A stretch of 64,000 nt of DNA, from the NCBI GenBank assembly GCA_040954595.2, contig CM082598.2:5533097-5597096 (forward strand), written 5' to 3'. Within the stretch, counting starts at the first letter, position 1; the number at the start of each line of letters is the position of its first letter. Below, in pieces: positions 33,201 to 47,933 of this stretch. Below the pieces are notes generated by a model. It was not told the origin of the DNA and did no database searches. It saw nothing but the letters and a program-made list of their open reading frames with translations. This stretch comes from Balanoglossus misakiensis. Taxonomy: Eukaryota; Animalia; Hemichordata. A program made the translations under genes and the position numbers.

Positions 33201-36200
33201 AGATCGAAACCGTCACTTGGTTGGTCGTATTTGCTGTTCGTCCTCAAAGATGGAGTCACTCTACCAGCTTTGCATTTCCATGAAGGAGGAAGCAAAGAGA
33301 TGATGAGGTTTATTGAGAGATATGTCACCATAACCAGGTAAGACACAGTGCTATGTCCAAACTATGAGATATGAGAGTAAAAACTCGCCCAAAATGAATA
33401 AATAGTAGAGACCGATTATTCATTTTGGCGAGTTTTTTCACTCTCATGTCTACAAGCAGGGTGGTTGAACGTTGATTCACTATATATCCACATGTAGAAT
33501 AACATAAACGGTGTCTTGTATCAAACATAGTTAATGGAAAAAGGGCAGCGAGAGAGAGACTTTGTCCTTTTAAATAACCACCAGCAAAGAATAGAAAAGT
33601 CTTGGCAACATATTACCAAAGAATGTTTTTCGGATCTGATGCCCGGCAGGCAACAGCACAAAAAGAACGCACACCACGTTACTATCAATTGACGAATGAG
33701 TCTCCAGATGAGGTGTGTTACAAGTTTTTTTCTGATTTGTCTCCTTCTTTCAGATCAACTGATGATCCAAGACAATTCCTTGTCACCCCGCATGATACAA
33801 CTGCTTTATCCAAATCCATCAATGAACTGCATTTATTCGGAGAGACATCAGCTAGCTATGTCTCGGTAAGTACTCTGAAGTCATTGAAGTCATTAACCCT
33901 TTCACCACCATGGTTCAGTCCAAACCCATTGTTTTCGGTGGTAAGGTTGGACCTCTCAAGAGGGAACTGGGGGTGAAAGGGTTAAACTACGGTAGTATGT
34001 GTTTGCATTTTTGTGTTATAAACAAAAATAACACACACAACTTCCGTCTCATTTGGAGGATATGAGAGTAAAAATCTCGCCCAAAATGAATAAATGGTAG
34101 AGACCGATTATTCATTTTGGCGAGTTTTTCACTCTTGTGTCTACAAGTGGAATGGAAGTTGTGTGTGGTCGAAAATTCATTCAATATATATCTACATGTA
34201 GACTAACATAAACAGTGTCTTGTATCAAACATAATTAATGGAAAAAGGGCAGCGAGAGAGAGACTTTGTCCCTTTAAAAGCTCCTTCTCTTGAAATTCTA
34301 GAAATTCTTCAAGGATCCCTACAGTGCTACAATGGGTGGATTCTCGAAAGTCACAAACTTTCTGAAGGATTCACTAAGTGCCCAACCAATACAAAACAGA
34401 CCAATGGATGAGATGGCGGAATTAATGCCAGATCTTCCCAGGGTGGAAATCAATCCCGGAATGGAACCAGGATACGAACTCATCACGCAGGTAAATTTTC
34501 ATACAATTCAGATTACAAAGTTTTCATAATTTTAGTATCTATGTGATATCCCATGCTGTACTGTAAAACACTTTATTTTCGCGAGCAATAAATTTTTTGC
34601 GAAATACGCCAGAGCCCAAAATAGCGTGAAAATAAAAAGTCGCGTAATTTTTTTTTGAAGATACCGATGCAGTACATGAAATAAGAGAACGCGAAAATTA
34701 ATACTCATGAAACAGTGGCCTCTTTTGATATCGCGAAAATTTCAACTCGCAAAAATAAAGTGTTTTACGGTATACTGTAAAATGGGTTATTTTCACAACA
34801 GGAAATTTTTGTGACATCAAAGGGGGCAACTGTTACGCTAGGATTAATTTTCGCATTCTCGTATTTCACTAACTGCATCGTTATCCCCAGAAAACATTTT
34901 AAGCAACTTTTTATTTTCATGTTTTTTGGCTCTTGCGTATTTCGCGAAAATTTATTGCTCGCGAAAATAACCCATTTTACAGTACATAGCATAGAATGGT
35001 ACAGCAGCATCATTTCTGTAGTGATGTAAGCATGGCTGGATTATTGTAAGATTACTCAGAAAATGCATGCTCATACCAATGATGTGAAAATTTGTGGGAT
35101 TTTCTATTTTAAATTGGAAAAATAATTTTTGTCATATTTTATTAATTTTAGTTAAGACATCTTTCATAGTTGTATGCAGGATGCCTTTAATGATTTGAAC
35201 TTATGAATTGTGGAAGATGTTCTTTTGTATTGTGGAGAATTTCGTAGCTTTCATTTTTCATGACAGTGGGGAGCTACTGTAAAACACTTTATTTTCGCGA
35301 GTATTAATTTTCGCGTTCTCTTATTTCATTCACTGCATCGTTATCTTCAAAAAGAATTCACGCGACTTTTTATTTCACACTATTTTGGTTCTCGCGTATT
35401 TCGCAAAAATTTATTACTCGCGAAAATTAAGTGTTTTACAGTATATTTATAGACTGGAAAGTGATGTCTGTCTACCTTCTTTCCTCTCTGTCTGTCTGTC
35501 CATCCGTTTGTCTGACCATGTTTTTTTCTTGTTGTAGAGTGTTCTTGGTGCCAGACCAGATGTGAAAAGAGCAGACCCAGTGATTCCAGAAGAATGGCAG
35601 CAACATTTGGATTCCGACGGAAGGGTTGTGCGCATACATGAACTCATAGAAAGGATCTTTCATGGAGTAAGAGCATATACACTTAATTTCTGTCTCGGTG
35701 TAGATTTGATTAAAAAAGGAGGGACGTTGATTCAAACAACCCACACACGCACCAACATACTGTAAAACACTTTATTTTCACGAGCAATAAATTTTTGCGA
35801 AATACGTGAGAGCCAAAATTGCGTAAAACAAAAAGTCGCATACATTTTTTTGAAGATAACAATGCAGTGAATGAAATTGAGAGATCTTGAAAGTTAATCC
35901 TCTTGTAACAGTTGCCTCTTGTGATATTGCAAAAATTTCCCTGTCGCGAAAATAACCCGTTTTACGGTACCTACAGATGGAACTATGCAAATTTCTTTGA
36001 TTTTAGTAAAGTTGAATTTCCTGTGTCTGCAGTGACTGTTCATTTGATGTGTTTTCAAGAGCAATATTAGCATGGTTTTATGTTTATGGACATCCATGCA
36101 AAATGATCTAATGAATAGTGTGTCAGCTTGTGTCCTTCGTAATTATTCGTAGACAAGCTATTAAAGCCCCAAGAGCTGCTACTATTTTAATGAGTTTACT

Positions 36201-39200
36201 TCCCCATCCAATATTGTTCCATCTAAATAAGCTTACTGATAGGTACATTGTATACATGAACACCTAATCGATGCCAGATTGTGGCTGTATGTAGCGATTT
36301 GAAAACGATATGTATTTAAACGGTGCCGCACTGATTTAATCAGCCTCCATACAAACAATACGCAGCTATCGTGGTATGCGTCGCCAAGAGATGACAAACT
36401 GATGCAAATGCAAGTAATATGGCTTAATGGTGAGGATTTTAGAGGATAGGGAATATATTTGAAGTATTTTATTTTGGAAAAAAATATGTAAAATTTGGCA
36501 GCTCTGGAAGCTTTAACCCTAATACTGCTGGGTGTCATACCTGTTTAGAGTGTCAAGTCCCTTTAAGCTTTAAGCTCTTGCTCTCATAGCTGACACACAA
36601 TAAATTATGATCCATTTTCTCTTTGTTTCCCTCCAGGGTCTTTATCATTCAATAAGAAAAGAAGTGTGGAAGTTTTTATTAAATTATTATGATTGGAGTT
36701 CTACCCTCAAAGACAGACAGGAGCTGAAGAAACGAAAAGAGTGAGTGTCTGGATTATTTGTTTTAAATTTTATTGGCGTGTCATTTAACTAGCATTTTGA
36801 ACATTCCAATCAATTAAAGGGACAAAGTCTCTCTCTCGCTGCCCTTTTTCCATTAATTATGTTTGATACAAGACACTGTTTATGTTATTCTACATGTGGA
36901 TATATAGTGAATCAACGTTCGACCACACACAACTTCCATCCCGTTTGTAGGATATGAGAGTAAAAACTCACCCAAAATGAATAAATGGTAAACACCGATT
37001 ATTCATTTTGGCGAATTTCTCACTCTCGTGTCGACAAGTGGGATGGAAGGTGTGTGTGGTCGAACGTTGATTCACTGACATGTCTTTAAAGGCCAGTTTA
37101 GAAAAGTACCTTGACTGGCCACTATAGACTGTATGTAGGTTGTGTTGATAATCTAAATACTGGGCATTTCATCATGTTACAGGAATTTAAACAAGAAACT
37201 GCAGTAGATACACAAAACAAAAATACTGAAAACATAGTGAAATGTTACAGTTAATTGAGCTTTAACAAATGCCTTTCATTCCAGGGATGATTATTTTACA
37301 ATGAAGTTGCAATGGAAGTCCATCACACCAGAGCAGTTTAAAAGGAATTCCACACACAGAGACAGAGTCTGTTTAGTTGGTAAGTGTACAGAACCTTGTT
37401 AAGGATGTACGATCAGTAAAATTGAAAGTACGGTATTGTCATTTCTTTTCATTGTGGATTTTTGGTTTCTCATTTGTATGTTCACTGAAAATCCATAATA
37501 AAATATAGGGGTCACTGTGCTTGTGCCAGGATTCTTGGCAGCCTGGAAATCAAACCAGTTTCAACCGACTTGGCAGCGTTAGGGTTAAGGAAGCAATACT
37601 TTTGCCAAGGGGTATAGCACAATTCACTTCATAATGCACGAGTCGCAGTTCAGTGCATATATGGAGTGAATTGTGCTATGTCTTGTGCTTGATCAAGTCA
37701 TGACCTAGGAGTACGACAAATATCATGAAGCATTTGCATATAATATTGATACTGTAAAACACTTTATTTTCGCGAGCAATAAATTTTCGCGAAATACTTG
37801 AGAGCCAAAATAGTGTGAAAATAAAAAGTCGCGTAAATTTGTTTTTAAGATAACGATGCAGTGAATGAAATAAGAGAAAACAAAAATTAATACTCACGAA
37901 AATTCCAACTCGCGAAAATAAAGTGTTTTACAGTATTTTCTATTGGTGGCTGATATTGTAAGTTTGATCTGTGTTCATGTTGTTTGATATTTTTTTGCAG
38001 AGAAAGACGTGAGTCGGACAGATCGAACACATCCTTGCTACGAGGGACAGAACAATCCAAACATAGGAATGCTGTATGATATTCTCATGACATACTGTCA
38101 GTACAACTTTGATTTAGGTGAGTATTGACAATCTTTCATGCCACTTCGAGTTAGAGCGCCCTCTAGAGGTTGTAAGCAACTGGATTTTACCATCCATATG
38201 TTCAGCCATATATGGGCGTATGTAAATTGGAGGCGACTGTATACCTTTATGTGCGATGTAATATTCTAACAGTTAGACGTGCTCGAGAATACACATCCAA
38301 ATTGAACCCACCCCCCCCCCCCCCCCTTCCATGTGAATTAGTCCATTTTTCTTGTAGGGGATGAACAGCTAGTATAGGTCATTAGCCTAACACACTGTCC
38401 TAACAGGGGAGTAAATGATGCTCAGAAAAGTGTGCTTTTTGAGTTCAACTCACAAGCTGTGATTTCTCACTCAAATTGGTAGATAATTGTCAAGTCCCTT
38501 CATAACCTCGCCTATAAGTGTATTCACAATATAATTTTTACTGCAAAATCATCTTGTCCTGTACTCATTCATGTTTCTGCTAAACCTGCTTTGTAGAAAG
38601 TATAATTTTATGTCTTTTATGTTTCATTGCTGACAGCGCATTTTTTTTTCATTTTATCTTTGAAGGTTATGTTCAGGGAATGAGTGATCTCTTATCCCCA
38701 ATTCTTGTTGTCATGGAAAATGAGGTGGATGCGTTCTGGTGCTTTGTTGGATTCATGGAAACGGATGGAGTCGTAAGTTTATATTTCAATCGTCAATTTA
38801 AAGGGACAAAGTCTCTCTCTCGCTGCCCTTTTTCCATTAATTATGTTTGATACAAGACACCGCTTCTGTTATTCTACATGTGGATATATAGAATCAACGT
38901 CCAACCACACACAACTTCCATCCCGCTTGTAGACACAAGAGTGAAAAACTCACCAAAATGAATAATCAGTCTCTACCATTTATTCATATTGACGAGATTT
39001 TTACTCTCATATCCTACAAATGGGATGGAAGTTGTGTGTGGTCGAATGTTGATTCACTATATATCCACATGTAGAATAACATAAACAGTGTCTTGTATCA
39101 AGCATAATTAATTGTTTGGCACATGTGCATAAGACGATCATCACCTTTTAATATGACACATGCATATATTTTTTTTACAGAAAAACAACTTTGACCTGGA

Positions 39201-42200
39201 TCAAGAAGGAATGAAGAAACAACTCATTGATTTAAGCCGACTCTTGCATTTCCTTGATCCGGAACTTTACACTTATTTAGGTAGGAACACTTGATTTTTG
39301 TTTAACCAAAAGTATAAACAATTTGCAGAAGCTCTTCCATCAAAAGTATGCAGGACTTAATAGTAATAATATTATTTCTTTATTTCAGGATATAAAAAAT
39401 CCCATAGACTTGAGAGATATAAAAAAGAAAACACCACACATTAAAAAAAAATAATAGAAATAATAAATATAGATAAAATACAGAAATACTAAAGAACTGT
39501 TAAAAATACATCAGTTGTCTGTACATTTTATAAGTTTTTGAGTAGAATAGAGCATCCGATCTAAAAACCATCGAGACCAGCACATTGGTGCTATTGTTGA
39601 CACGCTCATAGAAATTAAACATAGCTTTCCGTTTCAGGGCTTCAAAAGTCAGTATTCTGTTGCAGAAATGTTAAATTGAAATGCATTATGCACCCACACC
39701 CATTGGTCCTACAATTTGCAATTTTCTTGGCTCTAAATCATGACAATATGGGAATATTTGTACATTACAAAAATAAATAATTTCAATGTGTCCTTTTCCT
39801 TCACAGATGCTAAAGATTCTAGCAACTTGTATTTTTGCTTTCGATGGTTGCTGATAAAATTCAAGCGGGAATTTACGTTTTCCGACATCATGAGACTCTG
39901 GGAGGTAAGTATGTGTTATTATCACACACAGAGATCTACTGTAATTCTCCATGTCTGGATCCCTGCCACAGTTTAAAGGGACAAAATCTCTCTGCCTTTT
40001 TTCCATTATTACGTATAATACAAGACACCGCTTATGTTATTCTACATGTGGAGATCCACAAAACAAAAATAATGAAAAAAGTATGAGAAGTTACAGCCAA
40101 TGGAGCTTAAATAATTCTGGAAAAATAATGTGTGTTATATGCTTAAATTTGGATGTATTGAGCATAAAAATGTTTACTGTTTTTTTCTTCTTTCAAAATT
40201 GACGGAAGAGTCCATAGAGACTTTCATGTTCACACTTGAAAATCCACTTTGTATGACGTGCACCATTAACTCTGTTATCACTGATCTGCATAGGTGTCTC
40301 TCTGTCTTTTGTTCATCTGTCAATACTGTAAAACACTTTATTTTCGCGAGCAATAAATTTTCGCGAAATACGCGAGAGCCAAAATAGCGTGAAAATAAAA
40401 AGTCACGTAAATTTTTTTTTTAAGATAACGATGTGCACAGTGAATGTAATAAGAGAACGCGAAAATTAATACTCGCGAAACAGTGGCCTCTCTCAATATT
40501 GCGATAATTTCAACTCACGAAAATAAAGTGTTTTACAGTATATCTTTGCTTTTCAGTCAGATTGAAAACCTGTGGGCAGCTTGGAGATTTGCTGCACAGT
40601 TTTTCACCTCTTTTAAATTGTGACAAAAATTGCCTGTTGTTAGCTTTGAGTTCAAATCCGAGAAATTGTCTAACTGATCAGTACAAAATTGTGGTAATTG
40701 GCCACTAGAGGGTGGCCTTCGCTAGATTTATTCAAAATACAGTGGCTATAGACAGCAATTTCATATTGATAAGGCAATATGTGTCATTTTTTCTCAAAAA
40801 TGCCTCTGACAACCATGGGCATTTAGTATTTCATATTCAGACCATTCAGTTTATATGAGTGTGTTAATAATGTTAAATAAAACACTAACATTAAAGGGAC
40901 AAAGTCCTCTCTCTCGCTGCCCCTTTTCCATTAATTATGTTTGATTCAAGACACTGTTTATGTTAATGTACATGTGTATATGTGGTGAATGAACATTTAA
41001 CCTCATACATCTTCCATCCCGCTTGTATGATACGAGAGTAAAAACTCACCGAAAATGAATAAATAGTAGAGACCGATCATTCATTTTGGCGAGTTTTTCA
41101 CTCTCATGTCTACAAGTGGGAGGAAATTGCGTGTGGTCGAACGTTGATTCACTATATATCCACGTGTACATTAACACAAATGGTGTCTTGTATCAAACAT
41201 AATAATGGAAAAAGGGCAGCAAGAGAGAGACTTTGTCCCTTTAAGTTCATATTGATAATTTGAGTAAATATTTCTGTTTTTGTATTTTTGTAGGTGATGT
41301 GGACAAGTCTGCCCTGCCCCAATTTCCATCTGCTCATCTGTCTTGCCATCTTAGATACAGAGAAACAAACAATGATGAAGAGAAATTATGGCTTCAATGA
41401 GATCCTCAAGGTAATTGTATTATGACAGGGAATAAACCATTTGACCTTGCATGCAAATATTAGTGGACAAGTTATTCCATGTATCAGTGGTGAATCTGAC
41501 AACACATATTGCAACTACAGTGAAACCTGTCTATTAAAGGGACAGAGTCTCTCTCTCGCAGCCATTTTTCCATTAATTATGTTTGATACAAGACACTGTT
41601 TATGTTATTCTACATGTGGATATATAGTGAATCAATGTTCAACCACACTCAACTTCCATCCCGCTTGTAGGATATGAGAGAGAAAAACTCACCCAAATGA
41701 ATAATCAGTGGTTACCATTTATTCATTTTGGGGAGATTTTTACTCTCATATCCTACAAACAGGATGACAGATTTCACCATATTTGACCCCTTTTGTGCAT
41801 AATTTGTGGTTTTTCGGGAGCTTATCAAAGTAGGAGATGTTCATCATTTATGAAGAATTCAAATAGATTATGAATTCCTATTTCACTGCCAAGATTTATA
41901 TTATACATTTATGGCATTCTCTTTTCTGAAGATCATTTCTGATTGATCTTTTGTCTTGATGACCAAATTAAATTGATTTGTCAAAGTCAAAAGACTCTAA
42001 GGGTCTTGTGTTGAGTAGGCTGTGTTGATAAATTGTTTTCTGCCAACGGATAATCCTGCCAGTCAGGCAGAAAAAAAACATCATTAAAGACATTAATCTG
42101 ATCGTCATTATGGTCAGTGGTGCGAAAAGCCAAGTCTTTTATGTAGAATGCACAAGTTGAGTAAAGTGTTGCTCAGCTCTAAATGTTTTAGTTTATATTA

Positions 42201-43590
42201 GGAACTGTCTTAGATAGATTGGTATGTAGAGACACACAGACAAGCAGACAGATATAAATAAATAAATAAATAAATAGCCAGATGTCAAGCAGACAGACAT
42301 AGATAAATAAATAAATATAAATAAATAAATAAATAAATAAATAATGATTATGTTTGATACAAGGCAGGAGACACAAGAGTGAAAAAATCGACAAAATGAA
42401 TAATTGGTCTTTACCGTTTATTCATTTTGGCGAGTTTTTCACTCTCATGTCTACAAGTGGGATATAAGTTGTGTGTTGTCGAACGTTGATTCACTATATA
42501 TCCACATGTAGAATAACATAAACGGTGTCTTGTATCAAACATAATAAATGGAAAAGGGGCAGCGACAGAGAGACTTTGTTCGTTTAACAAGGCTTCACTT
42601 GGTTAAATTGGAGAACAGGTCTGAGAAAATTAAATGATACCAGAGGTATCAAAACAGTCTGGTTTATGAAAATGCTGATGGGTAATAACCGGGTATCATG
42701 GGAAATTTTGAACACATTCGAATGACGATTGAACATATCTTGACATTTCCCCACAATGCTTGTGAGGGGGTGTTCTTCTAAATGCCATGACACAGTCTGT
42801 GCATATTGATACAGGATTTGTTTGCCTATTTGTTTTTACTAATTTCTAAGAGGTATCTTATCAGCTGAACCAGATCTATAACAAACACATTCAGTGTAGG
42901 GTAAATGTGCAATTATGGGGGTCACACGGGGACTATTAAGACGTTTCTGAACTGTCTCAGATCAAATACTGGCCTAAATTATTATATGTAAATGGTTCAA
43001 GTGGTCCTGAAACGTCTCAGATTCGAGACGGCTTTGCCGGCCAGACCTGAGCCGGTGTAAGGATTAACACCTCTCCGCAACCCATTGTCTATGGGAACCC
43101 CCCTCCCTCCCCCCCCCCCCCCCCCCCCCCAGCCTCAGAACCTATACCATATCAACTGAGTGTGTGTGGACACAACACGACTAAAAATGATTAATGCTCT
43201 GTGTTTACCATAGAAAAATAGTGTCTCAAATTTTTCCCTGTGTGAACCTGGTGAATGTCATGTAGCTCTCAATGCTTAGCAACCAGATCCCTTGTGTATC
43301 GTTGTAACCAAGGGTATTACTGTGATGTACCTGCTGGCTTCTTATATTCCGACTTTCTTTTATTACAGCATATCAACGACCTATCCCTCAGCATTGACAT
43401 TGAAGACACACTTCGAAAGGCTGAAGGCATTTATCTACAGTTATCGCAGTGTCAACAATTGCCGGGAACAATTAAGGAAATCCTTGGTATATGTAATGAG
43501 GACAATGGTAATGGACAAATGGAATCCATCGATTCCCCAGGGAGCAGCATAGAAATGATTCCTAATCCAGAAATAGAGTCAGCGTTTTAG
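30246..43590 (+). CDS. TBC1D15: TBC1 domain family member 15/17 (Rab7 GAP), ~621 aa, 15 exons: 30246-30281, 31865-31963, 32396-32519, 33121-33337, 33754-33865, 34302-34490, 35538-35666, 36637-36740, 37285-37379, 38001-38117, 38666-38772, 39181-39280, 39807-39904, 41294-41410, 43369-43590
   Basis: VVFEKGGVFIH, GWSYLLFVLKDGVTLPALHFHEG, KDPYSATMGGFSKVTN, EKDVSRTDR (Arg finger), GYVQGMSDLLSP (Gln finger), LYFCFRWLLIKFKREF, HINDLS; exons sum to 1866 nt with consistent phases; exon 1 is the least certain; 15 vs 17 cannot be separated. Confidence 0.93.
31380..31693. mobile_element. piggyBac-like MITE family F (ttaaccctaatgct...agcgttagggttaa); second full copy 32647-32963, end fragments ~36513-36565 and ~37520-37588
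   Basis: TTAA TSD, CCCT/AGGG termini, two ~315-bp near-identical copies. Confidence 0.8.
31978..32331. mobile_element. MITE family A copy; further intronic copies or fragments at ~31280-31383, 33364-33573, 34032-34277, 36814-37077, 38798-39112, 39973-40060, 40891-41244, 41535-41767, 42345-42586
   Basis: aagggacaaag / ctttgtccct termini and shared interior. Confidence 0.85.
42915..43252. repeat. ~300-bp interspersed repeat, second direct copy at ~45057-45356
   Basis: tgaaacgtctcagatt.gagacggctttgccggccagacctga.ccggtgtaaggattaacacctctcc...cctgtgtgaacctggt in both. Confidence 0.8.
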
Positions 43591-46564
43591 GCAACGGGAG
43601 AGAGAGATGAGTTTTACAATAAAGCAGTGTTCAGTGTATTTGCTTGGAAGGACAGTGCTTATGTTTCAATTCTGGCTGCCTTAAATAGGTTTTCACTGTG
43701 TGCTAGGGGGTCAAATCACATTATAATAATTGCATTCTGGGTAAAAAGTCAACAAATCTCTGTAGTAAGAGAAAGAAATGATATGTTTGCTGTATTTCAT
43801 CAAACATTTCTGCCTTTGTGGTTGACATATTAAAGTCAGTCAATGTTTTTTTCTGTTACTAAGTATCAGAATGACCGGATATCACTCTAGCTTATGAACT
43901 CCCATTTCTTAAACATGGCAAAAATCGGCCATCTTGAAATTGTGTCGACCATGTGTGATTTTCATCACTCACCTAGGTAGCAAAACCTGATTTAAGGTAG
44001 GGAGAATTCTGCGTAATCACTTGTTTTCATATACAGGTGAGGTAGTGGGCTTCTGAAAGTCGTTACCAGTTTTTTTTTATTGCAACTGATCAGAGGGCAA
44101 CATCTGCTTTCTTTGAAGTCTTCTTATGTCGGCTTTATTCCGTACTATACACTGTGAATTCCAAAGAATCGAAGGAGATAGTCATACTGTAAAACACTTT
44201 ATTTTCGCGAGCAATAAATTTTCGCGAAATACGTGAGAGCCAAAATAGCGTGAAAATAAAAAGTTGCGTAATTTTTGTTTATGATAACGATGCAGTGAAT
44301 GAAATAAGAGAACGCGAAAATTAATACTCGCGAAACAGTGGCCTCTCTCGATATCGCGAAAAATTTCAACTCGCGAAAATAAAGTGTTTTACAGTATTAC
44401 AAAACCTTTGTAATCACCATCATGCACTCTGAAAATCGTAACATCTGTTGGTTAGAAATCAATTTCTGTAAGCTTGATGTGAAGCCATTCTGGGTTATCC
44501 CAAAGATTGGAGTTCTGTATTAAAGGTATACGGTCACCTATGGAAAATTAGCTACAGTTACCAAGGCAAAATGAGATCTAGCCAATCACAGATTTTCAGT
44601 GAGTGGCACACGCGAAAAAAAGTACGCCACCATGTGTTCTTTAGAACCCTCAAATACGCCATTTCAGCCATATATGGGTGTATGCAAAATAGAGGTGACT
44701 GTATCTGTGTCCTGTCTTTTTCAAAGAGTCTTAAATCTTAATCATGCAGCAAGGAAATCTTGCAAACATGCATTTGTATACAAATCATTGTCTGAACACT
44801 ATTTGGCGGCACCTGCATGAAAGTATCATGCAGCAGGAAGACATTTAAAGCCTTGTAATGGAACCAGAAAATAGTAGAAAAGTCAGTAGAATGTTGTTTT
44901 AGGAAATTTGAACCTCATGGATGTACAACAAATTGTAAGCGTGAAAAAATCAGTTTTTGAAAAGTCAGACCTTGTTACATGTAATGGATATGCATCAAAA
45001 ATTTACAAAACTCCCAAGTATTATTTTCACAGATTCCTGCTTGCTTTCAAACATATATGGGGGTCACACAGGTTCTGAAACGTCTCAGATCAAATACTGG
45101 CGTAAATTCTCATGTGTGGACGGTGCAAGTGGTCCTGAAACGTCTCAGATTTGAGACGGCTTTGCCGGCCAGACCTGATCCGGTGTAAGGATTAACACCT
45201 CTCCACAACCCATTGTCTATGGAGCCCGAGCCTCAGCGCCTATACATAAACTTTGTGTGTGTGGACACCGGCGACTCAAAGGATTAATGCTTTGTGTTTA
45301 CCATAGGCAAATAGTGTCTCTGAAACGTTTCAGATTTTACCCTGTGTGAACCTGGTAATACTGTACATATTTATGAATTATTGAAATCCAGTTACTACAT
45401 GTACGCTAGTATTCAACTCTGGAAATATCTTTTTCTTTTTGCTATAAATTGTATTTATTCAGACTCTGTATTCCTCTGGTATTGTTGCAATAGAGTTCAT
45501 GTACTCAATATGCTGTGCATGTTTAATAAAAACAATTCTGAGATGTCAGAAGAGGCATTTTTATTTAAAAATCTTACTGCTCAGTCTGTGTGCTTTGTTG
45601 ATTCCCTCTGCAAGAGAAACAAGCTAAACTTAAAGTGCCTAGCTCGTCTCACACGCATGTTCCAGCTGTAGCCGCTGGTTACAGACATTTAGTGAACAGT
45701 CAATCCCATAAGGCAGTGCTCTGTCCTAACAACAGAAAAGATGGCGGCGACCATAATCTGTGTCAGAAATCGTGAAAAGACACCAGCTTGGGTGAATAGG
45801 AGGGACAAAACCAGAATCTACTTATACGGTGCGCATGAAATATGGTAGGAAGCGAAGGCAGTCCACTATTTGAATGCATCAAACGGAAAATTTGCTGGGA
45901 AGTTACGCGCATGCACGTGAGACGATCTATTGCCATTAATTTCCAATCAATATTTATCCCTCATTAAAGTAATGAGTTCGGTTTTGCCTTATCCACACAC
46001 AAAAACTCACGGACCAGACATGTCAAATATTCAGCAGACTTCAGGTTCAAGTAGGTTTTGGGGGTGAATATTTTGGAGTAAAGAGTTCACTTTTGCTAAA
46101 ACCAGCCTACATCTGCACACCAAATATCAAGGTGTTACACGCAGCGGTTTTCAAGTTTTTGATGTGGACAGACATACATCCATACATACAGACGCAACCG
46201 ATCCCACAAGGTCCCATGGTATATATATATACATATAAACCAAATGGGACCTAAAAAGCCCAATTGTTTTTGCCTTGTCCGGACAAGTATAAGTCAAGAA
46301 CCATTTAATAAATAGGTGATCACTTCAGAGCAAAGGATGAGCTGAATTTATTGAGGCTATGCTATTCATCGGTGCTTAAAGGTATACAGTCACCTATGAA
46401 AATGTAGCTGCAGTTACCATGGCAAACTGAGATCTATCGAATAAAAGATTTTCAGTGGGTGGCACAAGAGAAAAAAAAAGAGCGCCACCATGTGTTCGTT
46501 AGAACACTCAGATACACCATTCGAGCCATATATCGACATATATAAAGTGGGTGACCATGTACCT

Positions 46565-46764
46565 TTAAAGGGACAAAGTCTCTCTTGCTGCCCTTTTCAT
46601 TTATTACGTTTGATACAAGACACTCTCATGTCTACAAGCAGGATGGAAGTTGTGTGTTGTTGAACGTTGATTCACTATATATCCACATTGAATAACAAAA
46701 ATGGTGTCTTGTATCAAACAAAATCATGGAAAAATGGGCAGCGAGAGAGAGACTTTGTCACTCT
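46565..46764. mobile_element. Internally deleted MITE family A copy abutting a family C copy at a shared TTAA
   Basis: ...gtacctttaaagggacaaagtc... Confidence 0.75.
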
Positions 46765-47807
46765 AATCATACCAAAAAACTTATATTGAACTCCACAGTA
46801 CAAAGATCTTACCAGTCCGACAATCCATTTCAATGAAAAGATATAGAAATGATTTGGTGTTATATTGACGAAAACTCAAGTTAATACAATTCAATGCACT
46901 ATTTAATTCTTTAGTACAAGTAAGCATATTGCATTGTCCCAGTTATTATTCAACGGGACTGTTTGGATACTACTGTCAGTTTTACGTAACGTATTGTGCT
47001 AAACATTTTCCCCAGGGCCTATTTAAGCGAAGGTACTAAAAAGGACTTGCTGCCCAGGTCAGGAAGATACAACCTTTCCTTCTCGGATCAAAGGAGTTGT
47101 TTTAATATTTTAAAGACTGATATTTATTTACCCTGATGATACCTTACTCTTAGTTTATATTTTGCTTTCAGTGAATTCTCAAGGGAAGACCCCAGAATTT
47201 TCAACAAGCATTTGTTTGCGTGACGATCGACTCATCACTTATAGATGTTATTGAATGGGAATCTGTTCAAGCAAACAGTGTTCTGTGTTTATTTTGCATT
47301 CTCCGAATCTTGGATTAAAGTGAAGGGGTCGTTGCGCCGCGTTTGTCTGTTTATAAACATTACAGTTCATCCAAAAATCCCTGAAATTATATCATTCTTA
47401 GAATGAACGAAGCAGCCAACTGTAGTGTAGACTGGGCATGACAGCAACTGAAGATCCTAGTAGGTCATGGCGACTGCAGTGGGGTTTGCGCTTGTATGGG
47501 AGGACATATTCTCATCAAGGGGGACACCCACGCGGCGCGACGACCCCCTTCCCTTTAATAGGCACATTATTTTGTATACACAACTGCATCATGTGTTTTT
47601 CTAGGTGTACCCTTGGCGCCAAAAGAGACCACATAGCAAGCAAAACGACAGTGATGTCACAAAAAGTCAGGCCCTAATCATAATCAATATCTTCTGGGTC
47701 ATTTTGCATGACGAAGCCAAATAAATTATTAATTGAAATCGGTGCTGGGAATTCGTTTAATCATTATTCAGTGTGACAGTACCCAACTCAGCAGAAAACC
47801 AATCAGT

Positions 47808-47933
47808 ACACATACATACATACATACATACATACATACATACCGGTACATACATACATACATACATACATACATACATACATACATACATACATACATA
47901 CATACATACATACATACATACATACATACATAC
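47808..47933. repeat. (CATA)n microsatellite
   Basis: Read directly from sequence. Confidence 0.97.

Noticed and set aside
42760-42830. Minus-strand TVSWHLEEHPL resembling NUP37 SVCWHPEETFK as the missing upstream exon
   Set aside because: Upstream residues do not match and there is no GT donor at the required phase-0 position; likely chance
45640-45770. AAGATGGCGGCG YY1/start-like motif suggesting a promoter
   Set aside because: The same sequence occurs inverted at ~57285-57400, so it belongs to an interspersed repeat
47165-47240. Minus-strand box C (GTGATGA) ... box D (CTGA) pair about 70 nt apart, snoRNA-like
   Set aside because: No terminal stem, no rRNA guide I can recognise, no evident host intron
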